Shown here one piece after another: positions 12,045-25,691 of a DNA stretch of 64,000 nucleotides. The notes below the pieces were generated by a model, which worked only from the letters and a program-made list of their open reading frames with translations, made no database searches and was not told the DNA's origin. This stretch comes from Mobula hypostoma (taxonomy: Eukaryota). The stretch lies in the NCBI RefSeq assembly GCF_963921235.1, contig NC_086118.1, positions 23,128,001-23,192,000 on the forward strand, read 5' to 3'. Positions within the stretch are counted from its first letter, which is position 1. The number at the start of each line of letters is the position of its first letter. Position numbers and translations under genes: made by a program.

Positions 12045-14350
12045 AGTCTTCATCGTCTCACTTACTTTCAATTCCCTGTTCCTGACCTCATTTCCACAGT
12101 GGTTGTCCAGTCCCTATACAATTCTATCCTCCATCAAGAAGTCTTTAATGCTCTCCACTTCATTCTCAAACAAAGAACCAACCAATTCCCCTCCGCCATC
12201 ACCCTCCTGCATCTAGCAGAAATGGTCCTCACCCTTAACAACTTTTCCTTCAGTTCCTCCCACTTTCTCCAGTCTCGAAGGGTAGCCATGGGCCCTAGCT
12301 GTGCATGCCTCTTCATTGGCTGCATAGAACAGTCCATGTTCCACGCTTTCCCTGATATTTCTTCCAAAGTCTTCCTCCGCTACATTGACAACTGCATTGG
12401 TGCTGCTTCATGCACTCATGCTGAGCTCATCAATTTCATCAACTTTGTCTTCAACTTCCACCCTGCCCTTAAATTTAATTATGATTATGAAGACACGCAG
12501 TCCTCTTTTATTGTCATTTAGTAATGCATGCATTAAGAAATGATACATTATTTCCTCCGGTGTGATATCACAAAACACAGGACAAACCAAGACTGAAAAA
12601 ACTGACAAAACCACATAATTATAACATATAGTTACAACAGTGCAACAATACCATAACTTGATGAAGAAGTCCATGAGCACAGTAAAGTTCAAAGTTTCTC
12701 AAATGTCCCACATCTCACGCAGACGGGAGAAGGAAGAAAAACTCTCCCTACCATGCCGACCACAATCCGACTCTGAGTCATCCGAAAACTTCGAGCTCTG
12801 ATCAGCTCTCCAACACCGAGTACTGAGCGCCATCTCTGTCCGAACAATTTGACCTCCTTTTTGGTTGCCAAAAGCAGGCAAGGCCAGGGATTTTGAGGCC
12901 TACCCGCCGAAAGATTCACGACCACACAATAATGACAGCAGCGAACGGACATTTCAGAAATTTCTCCAGATGTTCCTCTGTGCTTTCACGTCCATTCTCC
13001 ATCAAATCTGAATTGTCCACAGCCCCTATTTAACAGATATGATATCATTTTTCAACGGAAATATATTTCTCACATCTCCCTCCTCTCTCTCAGTCTCTCT
13101 GTCTCCATCTCTGAAGACAAAATCTTTTATAAATCTAGCGATTCCCATGGCTATCTTAACTACTGTATATGTCTTCCCACCCTGTCTCCTATAAAAATGC
13201 TTTTCCCTTTTCTCAGTTTCTTCATCTTCGCTGCATCTGCTCCAGGGATGAGGCTTTCCTTTCCTGAACATCAGAGGTGTTCTACTTCTTCAAAGTACAG
13301 GGTTTCCCTTCCTCACCATTGACACTGCCCTCACTCACATCTCCTCCATTTCCCAACATCTGTGTTCATCCCATCTTCTTGCTGCTTTAACGGTAATAGT
13401 TCCTTTTGTCCTTATCTACCATCCTATGAGCCTCCACATCTAACGCATCATTCTCCACAACTTCCACCATCTCTAAAGGGATTCTACCACCAAACACATC
13501 TGTACCTGCACCAGTTCCCTGTCCCTTCCCCACACCATTTTCCACAGGGATTGCTCCTTTCGTGATTCCCTTGTCCTTTCCTCCCTCCCCACCAATCTCC
13601 TTCCCAGCACTTATCCCTGCAAGTGGCCAAAGCTTTTTCAACTATCCATTCACCCCCCTCCCTCACCTCCATTCAGGGCCGCAAACAGTTCTTCCAGATG
13701 AGGCATCACTTCCCCTGCCAATCTGCTGGGGTTGCCCATTGTGTCCAGTGCTCCTGATGCGGCCTCCTCTATATCGGTGAGATTCGTGGTAGATTGGGGC
13801 ACTGCTTCATTGAGCACCTCTACTCCATCTGCCAAAGTAGAACTTCCCAGTGGTCAAGCATTTTAATTTCAGTTCCCTTTCCCGTTCCAACATGTCGGTC
13901 CATGAACTCCTCTTGTGACATGATTAAGCTACCCTCAGGGTGGTGGAGCCTCCAACTTGATGGCATGAATATTGACTTCCTTCTGATTAAAACAAAAAAA
14001 ATCCCTCCCCTCCCCTCTCCTCCTGTTCCCCACTCTGGCCTCTTACTTCGTCTCTCCTGCCTATCACCTCCCCCTGGTGTCCTGTCTCCTATGATCCACA
14101 CTCCTCACTAGCAGATTTCATCCTCTCCAGTCCTTTACCTTTCCTACCCAACTGGATTCACTTATCATCTTCTAGCTATCCTCCTTTCCTGCCCCCCCCA
14201 CACATTTTTATTCTGGTGTCTTCCCCCTTCCTTTCCAGTTCTGAAGAAGAGTCTTGGCCCAAAATGTTGAACGTCTGTTCATTTCCATGGGTGCTGCCTG
14301 ACCTGCTGTGTTCCTCCAGCATTTTGTTGCTTTGGATTTTCAGCATGTGG
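12045..14350 (+). mobile_element. Degenerate Penelope-like element (RT + GIY-YIG) nested in CR1
   Basis: PLE RT motifs in ORF 11832-12521 (SLYNSI...LTLNNFSF...VAMGPSCACLF...FLRYIDNCIG); decayed GLLYIGE region near 13760-13780; pLTR-type 3' end to ~14350. Confidence 0.8.
12475..13063 (-). mobile_element. Unclassified non-autonomous retroposon (SINE-like) inserted in the Penelope RT
   Basis: Interrupts the PLE RT, which resumes at ~13065; the minus strand ends with aataaaa and a (cataat)n microsatellite tail. Confidence 0.55.
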
Positions 14351-15619
14351 AGAATTTCTTGGGTTTTCTAAAGGTTAACTTGCAGGTTGAGGCAGTGATA
14401 AGGAAGACAAATGCACTGTTTGCGTACATTTCAAGACAACCAGAATATAAGAGCAAAGATGTGATGCTGAGGTTTCATAAGGCATTAGTTGGAGCACACT
14501 TGGAGCATTGTGAGCAGCTTTGGACCCTTATCGAAGAAAAGATGTGCTGACATTGGAGAGGCTCCGTAGGAGGTTCACAGGAATGATTCCATGAATGAAA
14601 GGGCTAATGTATGAGGAGCATTTGACGGCTGTGGGCCTGTATTCACTGGAGTTTAGAAGAATGAGGGGGTAGCTCATTGAACCTATTGAATATTGAAAAG
14701 ACAGATATGGGGAGGATGTTCCCTGTAGTGGATGAGTTACAGCCTCAGAATAAAGGGATGTCCATTTAGAACAGAGATGAGAAGAATTTCTTTAGCCAGA
14801 GGGTGACAAATCCGTGGAAATGATTACCACAGATAGCTGTGGAGGCCAAGTCAATGAGTATATTTAAAGCAAAGGCTTATAGGTTCTTGGTTAGTCAGTG
14901 TCAAAGGTTACGGGAGAAGGCAGTAGAATGGGGTTGAGAAGGATAATAAATCAGCCATGATGTAATTGCGCAGCAGACATGATGGGCCGAGTGGCCTAAT
15001 TCTGTGCCTATGTCTTACGGACAATGTAGTATTTGTGCATGCCTACTTTGCAGTGATATAAATTACTTCAAAGGAAATCCTTGGAAGAATGGAAAAGCAA
15101 GCGGAAAGGGGCAACATGATGCTAATTTCTGGGTGTTGTCATGCATGAAACACAACAAAATATATAGATATGGCAAGTATAGATATAGGAAAGCAGATGG
15201 ATTTTCTCACACACAGAGTACAGTATATTTCAACGCAGTTGTATGAGAATTGACATGACCATATCCGGAGCACTGTACATCATCTGAACTTGAACTCTGG
15301 GAAGAGGGTTGTGTTATAGAAGCAAGACTGAGCATGTTAGAGCTATATCCTTTATTGTTGTTGAAGTTGAATGTTATTGAATCGTCTTTGACTCATGGCA
15401 ACTCATGCCCTGTCTATTGAGGACTTGGATGTTTCACATTTACTGATGATAACCTGAAAAGCATCCTGAAATCCAACTTAAGGTAACTTATATCTTATTT
15501 ATTTACACAAATTCTTTGTTGACAATGTATTTTCTGAAGTCAGCCATGTGCATAAAGAAGGTGGTTTTCAAATTGTGGACATTGAGCAAAATTATCGACC
15601 AAACTGAAGTCCTGTATGA

Positions 15620-16060
15620 AACAAGAGATCCACAATCTGCTGTGGGCTAGATCAGCGATGCTCAGGTCTGGCGACCAGGAAAGCACACGAAGGCCAGGTG
15701 TGGTCTCCAGAAATCTATCTCACATGCAAAGTGCCAATCCCAGACCAAACTTGAATCACAGAAGGATGGTCGACAGTTGTGCCTGGGCTTGAATGCTATC
15801 ATCTCCTAAAAAGCAAAGCCAGGCAACATACAGTATATGATGTTTCACATCCAGATGAGCTCAATGCCTTTCATGCTCGCTTTGAACGATCAAACATGGA
15901 GACATCCACACGAACTCCCACATCACCCATCAACCCTGTGATTCAGTCTCTGAGGCTGACATGAGAGCAGCCTTCAGGAGGGTGAACCCACTGAAAGCAC
16001 CCGGCCCAGATGGTGTACCTGGCTGAGAACTGAAGACCTACGTTTCCTGACATCTTTAAT
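15620..16060 (+). mobile_element. Rex1/Babar LINE internal fragment
   Basis: PDELNAFHARFE motif (ORF 15779-15964) and KAPGPDGVPG-like sequence (aaagcacccggcccagatggtgtacctggc). Confidence 0.7.
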
Positions 16061-17539
16061 CATTCATTCATTCACTTATTTATTTGCTTGTTTGTTTTTT
16101 GTTTTTTTTTTGTTTGTGGACCTGTAATAAAATGGGCTCTCTGAGACCAAACACCAGGTTGAGTAAATACATAAGCAACATCAGACAGCTTTGAATGTTT
16201 CGATATTACTTCCAATTTAGCTGCAAAACAAAATCACAAAAGCATAACGTTGACATATATATGCAAAGATATTTTTTTCAAATAATCAAAAATACACATT
16301 TTTCCTAAGTTTAATATTGATTAAAAACTTCACTTGGCCGAACCAAACATAAAAACCAAAATATTCAAGTCTACTTATATTCATTCTTCATAACTATTCT
16401 AATCCAAGTTATCCTGTGTTGCCATGAGCTACACCTATAAAAACAAATAAAGAAGGAATTCAGCTCTTGAGGTCCAGTCTGGCTTGTAGTGGTGCAAATC
16501 TATTTTCCCTTTCACTTCCTCTTACCCTTGCACACAAGCTTATCAATTTGACTTTTGATTATTTTTGCTATTACTTGCATGAAGGGGTAGTTTACAGTAC
16601 AAGAACACAAAAAAACACAAGAAAAGGTCACTCAGACCTGTCCTGCCAATATGACTATTGGCAGAACTACCCCAGCTCCTTCTTCAAGTTCAAGCTCAAG
16701 TTCATTGTTATCTGACTGTACAAATGAAACAACGTTCCTCCAGACCATGGCATACCCACAAAACACATGTCACACACAGCACATAAAACAAAATACTGCC
16801 ACAACTAAATTAATAAAACATAATTCGAAATGCATGCAGTGCACAGCACAGGTAAACAGTAAACAGTAATCAGTACAGTCAACTGTAAGCAACTTGCTAT
16901 CCTAGTGACAAGACCTCAGTGCTGGCACGGTATTCATTAGTATCAGACTGGGGGAAGAAGCTGTTACACAGTGTGGCAGTCCTAGTTTTGTGCCAAATAC
17001 ATAGAGTCCCACATTCTCCAATCTATCAAGAATATATCTGCACTGTCTTCCCAAAATTCTGCAGTACACTCTGCAAAAGAAAGTAGCTCAGTCTTAAGTG
17101 ACGACTTTCCTGTTGTTTGACTCTGTGGCTCATTTATGCCTTTTCCAGCAGCTAACTAACCAATCAGCACACAGATTGTGGGGGGAAAACAAAGCACCAA
17201 GTAATCACATGGGGAACCCTGATAGTACCCAAGTTCAAACTAATTTATCAAACTAACATCTCCAGAGCTGTGAAGAAATCAGTACCAGACCCTGTGGCGC
17301 CAAACCATCCAATCAGAAATTAGTCGCTGCTTACAGAAGGTTTAAAAAAATAGTGGAAAATAAATATGATATTATTACTGCAATATCTCTTAGGACTCAC
17401 AGGATAGCCATATAACACTTCCACTTCACTCTTATAGTTTCTTTGCCATCACATCAATCATTACCTGTTTTTTCTTGAAAAAATATTATATGCATTTATA
17501 ATAACTATTGGTTTTTGTTTTTAATGTAATAACATTTGG

Positions 17540-19575
17540 AGAGTTAATTGGGAACAGCTGTCTTTGGGGAATTCTACATCTGACACGTGGAGTGTGTTTA
17601 AAGACCAACTGTACAGAGTATGGGACAGCTACTGTATGTTTCAGTCAGAAGGAAGGACATGGATGGTAAGGTAAAAGAATCTTGAATGTCGAGACAGGTG
17701 ATGAATTTAGTCAAGAAGAAAAAGAATAAGTATGTAAAGCTTAGGAAGCTAGAACCAAACAGAGCCCTTGAGGGTTACAAAGAAGCTAGTAAAGAACTCA
17801 AGAAGGGAATTAGGAAAGCCAGGAGGGGCCATGAAAAGTTTTTGGCAGTAGGATTAATGAGAATCCCAAGGCATTCTATACATACATCAAGAGGGGATAA
17901 CTAGGGAGAGGATAAAGAGGGGAGCATTTGCTTGGATGCAGCAGATGTGGATGAGGTCCTCAATGAAGACATAGGTACTTATCAAGGAGGACGTGGAAGA
18001 AAGGGGGCTAAGTGCTGAGCTTATTGATATGCTAGGGCAATTCAAGGTAAACGAGGAAGTAATGTTGTTTCTTTTAAAGAGCATTAAGGTGGATAAGTCC
18101 ACAGGGTCTGATGGGATATATCAGGCAAGAGCAGAATTTTCTGGGGTCTTGAGCAATATCCTCCTGTTCTCTTTAACCACAAGCAAGGTCTCAAAGGAGG
18201 GGCAAGTAGCTAACGTTGTTCTATTATTCAAGAAGGGAACCAGGAATAATCCTGGAAACTATAAGCTGATGAGTCTCACATCAGTGGTAGGAAAGTTACT
18301 GGAGAGAATTCTTAAAAATAGGAATTATGAGCATTCGGAAAACTATCACCTAATTAAAGACAGCCAGCATAGCTTTGTGCAGGGCAAGTCACGTCCAAAT
18401 ACCTTGACTGAGTTTTTTGGATGAGGTGACGAGGGTGATTGATGAAGTTAGAGTGGTAGATGTTGTTTACATGTAAAACGTTTGACCAGGTACCTTACAG
18501 AAGTCCCATCCAGAAGATTAAGATGCAAGGGATCCACAATGAATTGGCTGTTTGGATTTAGAACTGGCTTGCTCATAGAAGATAGAGGGAAGTGGTTGAG
18601 GAGACTTATTCTAGTTGGATGTTTGTGATAAGTGGAGCTCCACAGGGATCTGTACTGGAACTTCTAATGTTTGTGATGTACATAAATGGCCTGGATTAAA
18701 AGGAAGATGGGTGGGTTTGTAAGTTTGCAGGTGATACAAAAATTGGTGGTGGTGTAGAATACTGGCAAAGAATATAAAGGGATATACCAGTCGATCAGTT
18801 GTAGATATGGACAGAGTAATGGCAGATGGAGATTAACCCGGCTAAATGTGAAGTGTTGTACCTTGGTACAGTAGGTCAAATGCAAAGAGACAGTACAGTG
18901 TTAAGGACAAGATCCTTAACAGTGTTGATGAGCAGAGGGATCTTGGGGAACAAGTTCACAGGTGTCTGAAAGTGGATTCATTGGTTGACAGGGAGGTTAA
19001 GAAGGCATACGACATGCTTACCTTTATTAGTCGAGGCAGTGAGTTCAAAAGTCAGGAAGTTACGTTACAGCTTTATAAAACTCTAGATAGGCCACATCTG
19101 GAGTATTGCATGTAGTTCTAGTCGCCCCAGTATAGGAAGGATATCGAGGATCTGGAGAGGGTGCAGAAGAAGTTGACCAAGATGTTGACTGGATTAGAGG
19201 GCACGTGCTATAACGAGAGGTTGTTTTCTCTGGAGCAGCAGAAGCTAAAGGGAGATCTAATAGAGGTTTATAAGATCACGAGAGGTATAGCTAGAGTAGG
19301 AAGACACTATCTTTTTCCAAGGGTCTAATACCAGAAGGCATGCATTTAAGGTGTGAGGGGGTAATTTCAAAGAAGAGGGACAAGTTTTTTTTGCAGAGTG
19401 GTAGGTGCCTGGAATGCATTGTTTGGTACGGTAGTAGAGGAAGATACATTAGACTTCTAAGATACATTTAGTTAGGCACACGGATGTGAGGAAAATGGAA
19501 AGATATGGATATTGTGTAGACAGAGGCGATTAGTTTATTAAGCTACGTATTTGATTGCTAATTTAATTGGCTCAA
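17540..19575 (+). mobile_element. Degenerate CR1 LINE ORF2 (RT)
   Basis: ORF 17993-18424 (DKSTGSDGI...ANVVLLFKKG...PGNYKLMSLTSVVGKLLE), then SGAPQGSVL and RPHLEYC remnants with many stops. Confidence 0.85.
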
Positions 19576-20639
19576 CCAATTCCCTACCTGACGACATTTG
19601 TTTTTCAGCAGGTTTCAAACTTACAGTGGATGTACATTTGGTCTAGTAAATCACTTAGGAATGGCTTTGGAACCACTGTCCACAGGAAGATTCAGACAAA
19701 TCTTGATAGGTACAATGGACATTTCTTGATATGCATCCTCTTAACAGTGGCCTTCAAGTTGTTTTTTTTCCCTCCAGTTTGAGTCCATTCCGTCACTATT
19801 CTACAATTTTAAATCTTGATCAAGTAGCTTACATCTCCAAACAATGGCAATTTTTGCTGTATCACATTCTAAGACTTGCTACTTATTAGATAGTGTTAGA
19901 AAATAGCAATGAAATTACAGCAGAGTTTAGTGTTCAACATAAGAAAAATAGATAAGTTAAATGTTGCCTTTTCTTCTTCTTATAAAGTATCAGAAGGAAT
20001 AAATGTGCATAAATAGTTCTCTTAATGGTTTGAACACAAACTTGATGAGGTTCTGCAGAAGGTATGCATTGTGAGGTAACTAAAATTCATTAACTTCTGC
20101 AGTTTGATTTCCAGGAAGGAATGATTTTGAGAAAATTCCCATCTCTCTGCTTTCTTTCCCCTGCCCAGGAATTTGCATGTGTGATGGGAGGAATGCATTG
20201 TTTCCAATGGATTCTGTAGACTGTATAGTGAGTTAGGGATGGCCTGGTGCTCCAACTGAAAAGATAAGCAAAAATTTGAGAAAAGGTAACAGAAGTTTAA
20301 TTTCAACTAAATGTTAAAAAGTTGGAAGTTTTTTGTTTAATGGAAACTATCAATTTATTGCATTCACTCTAAATGAAGTCATTATATAGTGATAGGTGTG
20401 CCCTGACTATCAAAACTGTAAACAGTAAGTGTAAATAGGATCTTTAAACTTTACTTCACTTTATTGTCGCCAAACAATTGATACTAGAGCGTACAATCAT
20501 CACAGCGATATCTGATTCTGTGCTTCATGCTCCTTGGATTACAAAACTGTAAACAAACCGTGTAAATGCATATAATAGATAAATAGCAATAAATAACAAG
20601 CATGAAGTAACAAGTTAAAAGAGTTCTTAAGAGATAGTT

Positions 20640-21330
20640 ATACCCAGGAATTTGAAATTACTGACCCACTCCACCTCTGATCCTCCGATGAGTACTGGCT
20701 CATGGACCTCTGGTTTCCCTCTCCTGAAGTCAACTATCAGTTTTTTGGTTTTATTTGCATTGAGTGAGAGGTTGCTGTTATTACAGTACTTAACCAGGAC
20801 TTATTTCATAATTTACTGGCATAATTTACACCTGGACTTATCTCATAATTTACTGGCATACTTTACATATTACTATTTAACTATTATGTTTCTATTTATA
20901 TTTATTATTTATGGTGCAACGGTAACAAAAACCAATTTCCCCCGGGATCAATAAGGTATGACTATTACTATGACTAATCTCCCTCCTGTGTGCAGATTCA
21001 TCATCACCTTTGATACAGCCCATAACACTGGTGCCATCAGCAAACATGCATTTGGTGTTGGTGCTATACTTCGCCACACAGTCATAGGTGTAAAGCAAGT
21101 AGAGCAGGGGGCTAAGCATCCATCCCTGAGGTGCTCCTGTGCTGATGGAGATTGTGGAGGAGATGTTTTTGCCAAACTGACTGACTGGTTTACAAGTGAG
21201 GAAATCCAGAATCCAATTACACAAGGGGGTATTGAGGCTTAGGTCTTGGGAGTTTACCGATTAGTCTGGAGGGGATGATAGTGTTAAATGCTGAGCTATA
21301 ATTAATAAAGAGCATCCTCGTGTATGCTGT
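20640..21330 (-). mobile_element. Rex1/Babar RT fragments interrupted by a + strand retroposon 3' end (~20795-20975)
   Basis: ORF 20892-21224 (CNWILDFLT...[22 protein letters not shown]...FAD); the insert ends caataaggtatgactattactatgact, the same family as the minus-strand tail at ~2710-2870. Confidence 0.7.
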
Positions 21331-22429
21331 TCAGTTTCTGTTCAATAGATTTGCTAAGTATGCCCACAGAAACAGAATCCAGGGTTGTATGTGGTGGCAT
21401 GTGTGTACTCTGATAATAGATTTTACTTTGAACTTTGAAGCCACTGTATGATATCATACACTTACATTGTATCAAGAATATTTTAGTCACCCTGTGGTAG
21501 ATATCAACTACAAAAACAACAAAAGGTCCAGAATAGCATTGATCCATAAATCTGAAGATACTGCATAAATAACTGAAAATTCTGGTTAAAATATGAAAGA
21601 ATTAACACTTAAAATTATCTTTAGTATTTGTGGTTTCAGCTGCCAAAGCCAAAAGAACTGGAATTTCCTCTCTAAACTTCTGCATCTCTCTGCTAAACAA
21701 TTTTTAAGATTACATTTAAACCTAATTCCTTTAACCATTTGCACTAAGAACTGCTCGACATCTTTTTTTTAGATGAGGCAACATCTGTGGAAAGAGAAAC
21801 AGTTAATGTTGGGGGTCAAAGACCATTTATCAGACTTCATTTCAGATTTCCAGCATCAGCAGTTTTAAAAAGATTTTTAAATGAAGTTTGTATATTTGTT
21901 AGTGCTATTATGCTGACACAACATATAGTTAATAAATTTAGTTTCTTCATATATTATCTCAGCTTGCAAGTGACTATAACTGTCTGTGTCTTAGGCTCGA
22001 TAATAATTGACTGAGTGAGATATTCTAAAACAACAGGAATTCTGCAGATGCTGGTGCTGGTGAAAGCAGCAGGTCAGGCAGCATCTCTAGGAAGAGGTGC
22101 AGTCGACGTTTCAGGCCGAGACCCTTGGTCAGGACTAACTGAAGGAAGAGTTAGTAAGAGATTTGAAAGTGGGACGGGGAGGGGGAAATCCAAAATGATA
22201 GGAGAAGACAGGAGGGGGAGGGATGGAGCCAAGAGCTGGACTGGGAATTGGCAAAGGGGATATGAGAGGATCATGGAACAGGAGGCCCAGGGAGAAAAAC
22301 AAGGGCGGGGGAACCCAGAGGCTGGGCAAGGGGTAAAGTCAGAGGGAAAGAGGGAGAAAAAGGAGAGTGAGAGAAAGAATGTGTGTATAAAAATAAATAA
22401 CAGATGGGGTACAAGGGGGAGGTGGGGCA

Positions 22430-23071
22430 TTAGCAGAAGTTAGAGAAGTCGATGTTCACGCCATCAGGTTGGAGGCTAACCAGACGGAATATAAGGTGTT
22501 GTTCCTCCAACCTGAGTGTGGCTTCATCTTTATAGTAGAGGAGGCCGTGGATAGACATGTCAGAATGGGAATGGGATGTGGAATTGAAATGTGTGGCTAC
22601 TGGGAGATTCTGCTTTCTCTGGTGGACAGAGTGTAGGTGTTCAGCAAAACGATCTCCCAGTCTGCGTCGGGTCTCGCCAATATATAAAAGGCCACATCGG
22701 GAGCGCCGGACGCAGTATATCACCCCAGTCGACTCACAGGTGAAGTGTTGCCTCACCTGGAAGGACTGTCTGGGGCCCTGAATGGTGGTAAGGGAGGAAG
22801 TGTAAGGGCATGTGTAGCACTTGTTCCGCTTACAAGGATAAGTGCCAGGAGGGAGATCAGTGGGGAGGAATTGGGGGGACGAATGGACAAGGGAGTCGCG
22901 TAGGGAGCGATCCCTGTGGAAAGTGGGGGGGGGAGGGGAGGGTGGGAAATATGTGCTTAGTGGTGAGATCCCGCTGGAGGTGGCGGAAGTTACGGAGAAT
23001 AATATGTTGGACCCGGAGGCTGGTTGGGTGGTAGGTGAGGTTAAAACGCATCTCCCCCATTTCACGCACAT
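22430..23071 (-). CDS. Penelope-like GIY-YIG endonuclease C-terminal fragment (left arm)
   Basis: CKRNKCYTC...VIYCVRRSRCGLLYIGETRRRLGDRFAEH; 5'-truncated, not a full ORF. Confidence 0.8.
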   Translation of the reverse strand: MCVKWGRCVLTSPTTQPASGSNILFSVTSATSSGISPLSTYFPPSPPPPTFHRDRSLRDSLVHSSPQFLPTDLPPGTYPCKRNKCYTCPYTSSLTTIQGPRQSFQVRQHFTCESTGVIYCVRRSRCGLLYIGETRRRLGDRFAEHLHSVHQRKQNLPVATHFNSTSHSHSDMSIHGLLYYKDEATLRLEEQHLIFRLVSLQPDGVNIDFSNFC

Positions 23072-23402
23072 CTGCTCTCACGCCATCTTCCCGCCACCCC
23101 ACTAGGAATAGGGTTCCCCTGGTCCTCACCTACCACCCCACCAGCCTCCGGGTCCAACATATTATTCTTCGTAACTTCTGCTACCTCCAACGGGATCCCA
23201 CCACTAAGCACATCTTTCCCTCCCCCCTCTCTCTGCTTTCCGCAGGGATCGCTCCCTACACGACTCCCTTGTCCATTCGTCCCCCCCATCCCTCTCCACT
23301 GATCTTCCTCCTGGCACTTATCCTTGTAAGTGGAACAAGTGCTACACATGCCCTTACACTTCCTCCCTTACCACCATTCAGGGCCCCAGACAGTCCTTCC
23401 AG

Positions 23403-23729
23403 GTGAGGCAACACTTCACCTGTGAGTCAGCTGGGGTGATATACTGCATCCGGTGCTCCCGATGTGGCCTTCTATACATTGGCGAGACCCGACGCAGACT
23501 GGGAGACTGCTTAGCTGAACACTTACGCTCTGTCCGCCAGAGAAAGCAGGATCTCCCAGTGGCCACACATTTTAATTCCACATCCCATTCCCATTCTGAC
23601 ATGTCTATCCACGGCCTCCTCTACTGTAAAGATGGAGCCACACTCAGGTTGGAGGAACAACACCTTATATTCCGTCTGGGTAGCCTCCAACCTGATGGCA
23701 TGAATATTGACTTCTCTAACTTCCGCTAA
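23403..23729 (+). CDS. Penelope-like GIY-YIG endonuclease C-terminal fragment (right arm)
   Basis: VIYCIRCSRCGLLYIGETRRRLGDCLAEH...LEEQHLIFRLGSLQPDGMNIDF; the upstream part is disrupted. Confidence 0.8.
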   Translation: MRQHFTCESAGVIYCIRCSRCGLLYIGETRRRLGDCLAEHLRSVRQRKQDLPVATHFNSTSHSHSDMSIHGLLYCKDGATLRLEEQHLIFRLGSLQPDGMNIDFSNFR

Positions 23730-24011
23730 TGCCTCACCTCCCCCTAGTACCCCATCTGTTATTTTTATACACACATTCTTTCTCTCACTCTCCTTTTCCT
23801 CCCTCTGTCCCTCTGACTATACCCCTTGCCCATCCTCTGGGATCCCCCCCTTGTCTTTCTCCCTGGGCCTCCTGTTCCATGATCCTCTCATATCCCCTTT
23901 GCCAATCACCTTTCCAGCTCTTGGCTCCATCCCTCCCCCTCCTGTCTTCTCCTATCAATTTGGATCTCCCCCTCCCCCTCCCACTTTCAAATCTCTTACT
24001 AACTCTTCCTT

Positions 24012-24053
24012 CAGTTAGTCCTGACGAAGGGTCTCAGCCTGAAACGTCGACTG
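24012..24053 (+). ncRNA. Minimal type I hammerhead ribozyme motif (Penelope pLTR)
   Basis: agtc-CTGACGA-agggtctcagcct-GAAA-cg-TC-gact; core intact; predicted cleavage after C24048. Confidence 0.7.
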
Positions 24054-25691
24054 TACCTCTACGTAGAGATGCTGCCTGGCCTGCTGCATTCACCAGCAAC
24101 TTTGATGTGTGTTGCCTGAGATATTCTAACTTTGAATGATTGAATGATCCAATGACATTCAAATAATGTACAATAAAAGGAAATAGAAATATTGCTAACT
24201 TATATCTTAAAGAGTAGCATATACTAGTATGCTGGACGTTTGGAAATTCAACATGCCTCAAATTGCTAATGTCCACATAGTAATGTTTAATTCTAACATT
24301 GGTGTATTCAATTCTGATACAATTAAAAATGTAAATTTATGAAACATGTGCAAATGTTAACCAGTATCAAACTGTTTCTGAAAACTTTAATTTGGTTCTT
24401 TAGTGTTCCTTATAAAGTGCTACTGTTAAACTTCAGGATTTTTAAAATAGTATTATATAATACATAAAATTGACCAATTCAAGCGCAATACAATTTACTA
24501 AACAAGAGCTACAACTTATAATTATATAGCTCCTTTAACATGCACTCAACCATGTTGATAAAGGCATTATGAAACAAAGTATGGCATATGTTCTAATGCT
24601 TGTTTAAAGGTCATGAGGGGTGTCTCAAAGGAGGAAAGAGGCGGGGAGACGTTTGGTGGAATTACAGAGCTTAGCACTTAGCTGTTAATTGCAATCATCA
24701 CTGCTGGTGTGAGAGTCAGGACAGAATTAGAGAAATGCCAGGGTGGCCGTCAATCACCTATGAACAGGGAGAATTTATGGAAAAATTATCCTATTCAATA
24801 TTGATATTGATACCTTTCCTTTAATTTCTATATATTTTTCTCAGCCTGGATTTCCCAAGGACAAGGTTTGAGTTCCCAGAACGATCCTGAGAATACAGAA
24901 TCTGTCCTGGAGATGTCCAACAGCCAAAATGGTCAAAATTGTGGGGTAAGGAATTAGTGCCGTCTGTTCACACCCAACCTCTCAGTAGCAAATCTTTCTG
25001 TGGGAATATCTGAACTGTTGGGTAGAGGGACAGTAAAAAGCGTGCTCACAACATGTCTTTTATTTTTGAAAATCAACAGGTCAGATCTTCCATTGACCAG
25101 CAAGCCATGTGAACTCATCAGTTGCTTTCCCTAAGATGACCATTTCTTCAAATGTCCCTAAGAGCAGTCTTCGATTGAGAAATCTCCTCCCAGTGCTGGG
25201 CCTGTTCAAGTACAGGTGATTAACTCCACCTTCCAAAAGCACTTAACCAAAATTGAGGTAACTATAATTCAAAACTAGCCCAGATTTATTGAAATTTATT
25301 AGTGGATGGTTAACGATTGATGAAGACATTCAAAAAATTATGAAATGATTAAATTATTTCATGAATTAAAAAGATGTACACACAACACAATTGTTTAAAG
25401 TAAATGAAATAAATCACACAAGAATAATCTTTTATTTAGCATTCTGTGCATAGCTGTCTCTCCCCTTTGATATCTGTACTTGTTTGTACCAGGTCCAAAC
25501 TGATGCAGACAACACACACAAAGTGCTGGAGGAACTCAGCAAGGCATACTGCATCTATGGAAAAGAGTACAGTTGATGTCTCTTTTCCATAGACACTGCC
25601 TGGCCTGCTGAGTTCCTCCAGCATTTTGTGTGTGTTGCTTGGATTTCCTGTATCTGCAGATTTTCTCGTTTCTGAACTGATGCAGGTTCAG

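Larger units (their letters stand above)
11570..15020 (+). mobile_element. Degenerate CR1 LINE (pieces ~11570-12041 and ~14360-15020) split by nested insertions
   Basis: RT motifs TSGVLQGSELG...YVNDLD on the left; the right piece continues with LQVEAVIRKTNA...LEHCEQLW and the CR1 3' UTR (gatgggccgagtggcctaattctg...tatgtctta). Confidence 0.8.
22029..24116. mobile_element. Palindromic (head-to-head) Penelope-like insertion with two 3' portions encoding GIY-YIG endonuclease
   Basis: Minus arm 22029-23040 and plus arm 23041-24116, each encoding CESxGVIYC.RCGLLYIGETRRRLGD..AEH...VATHFN...RLEEQHLIFRL; 13-bp TSD tgagatattctaa at 22016-22028 and 24117-24129. Confidence 0.93.
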
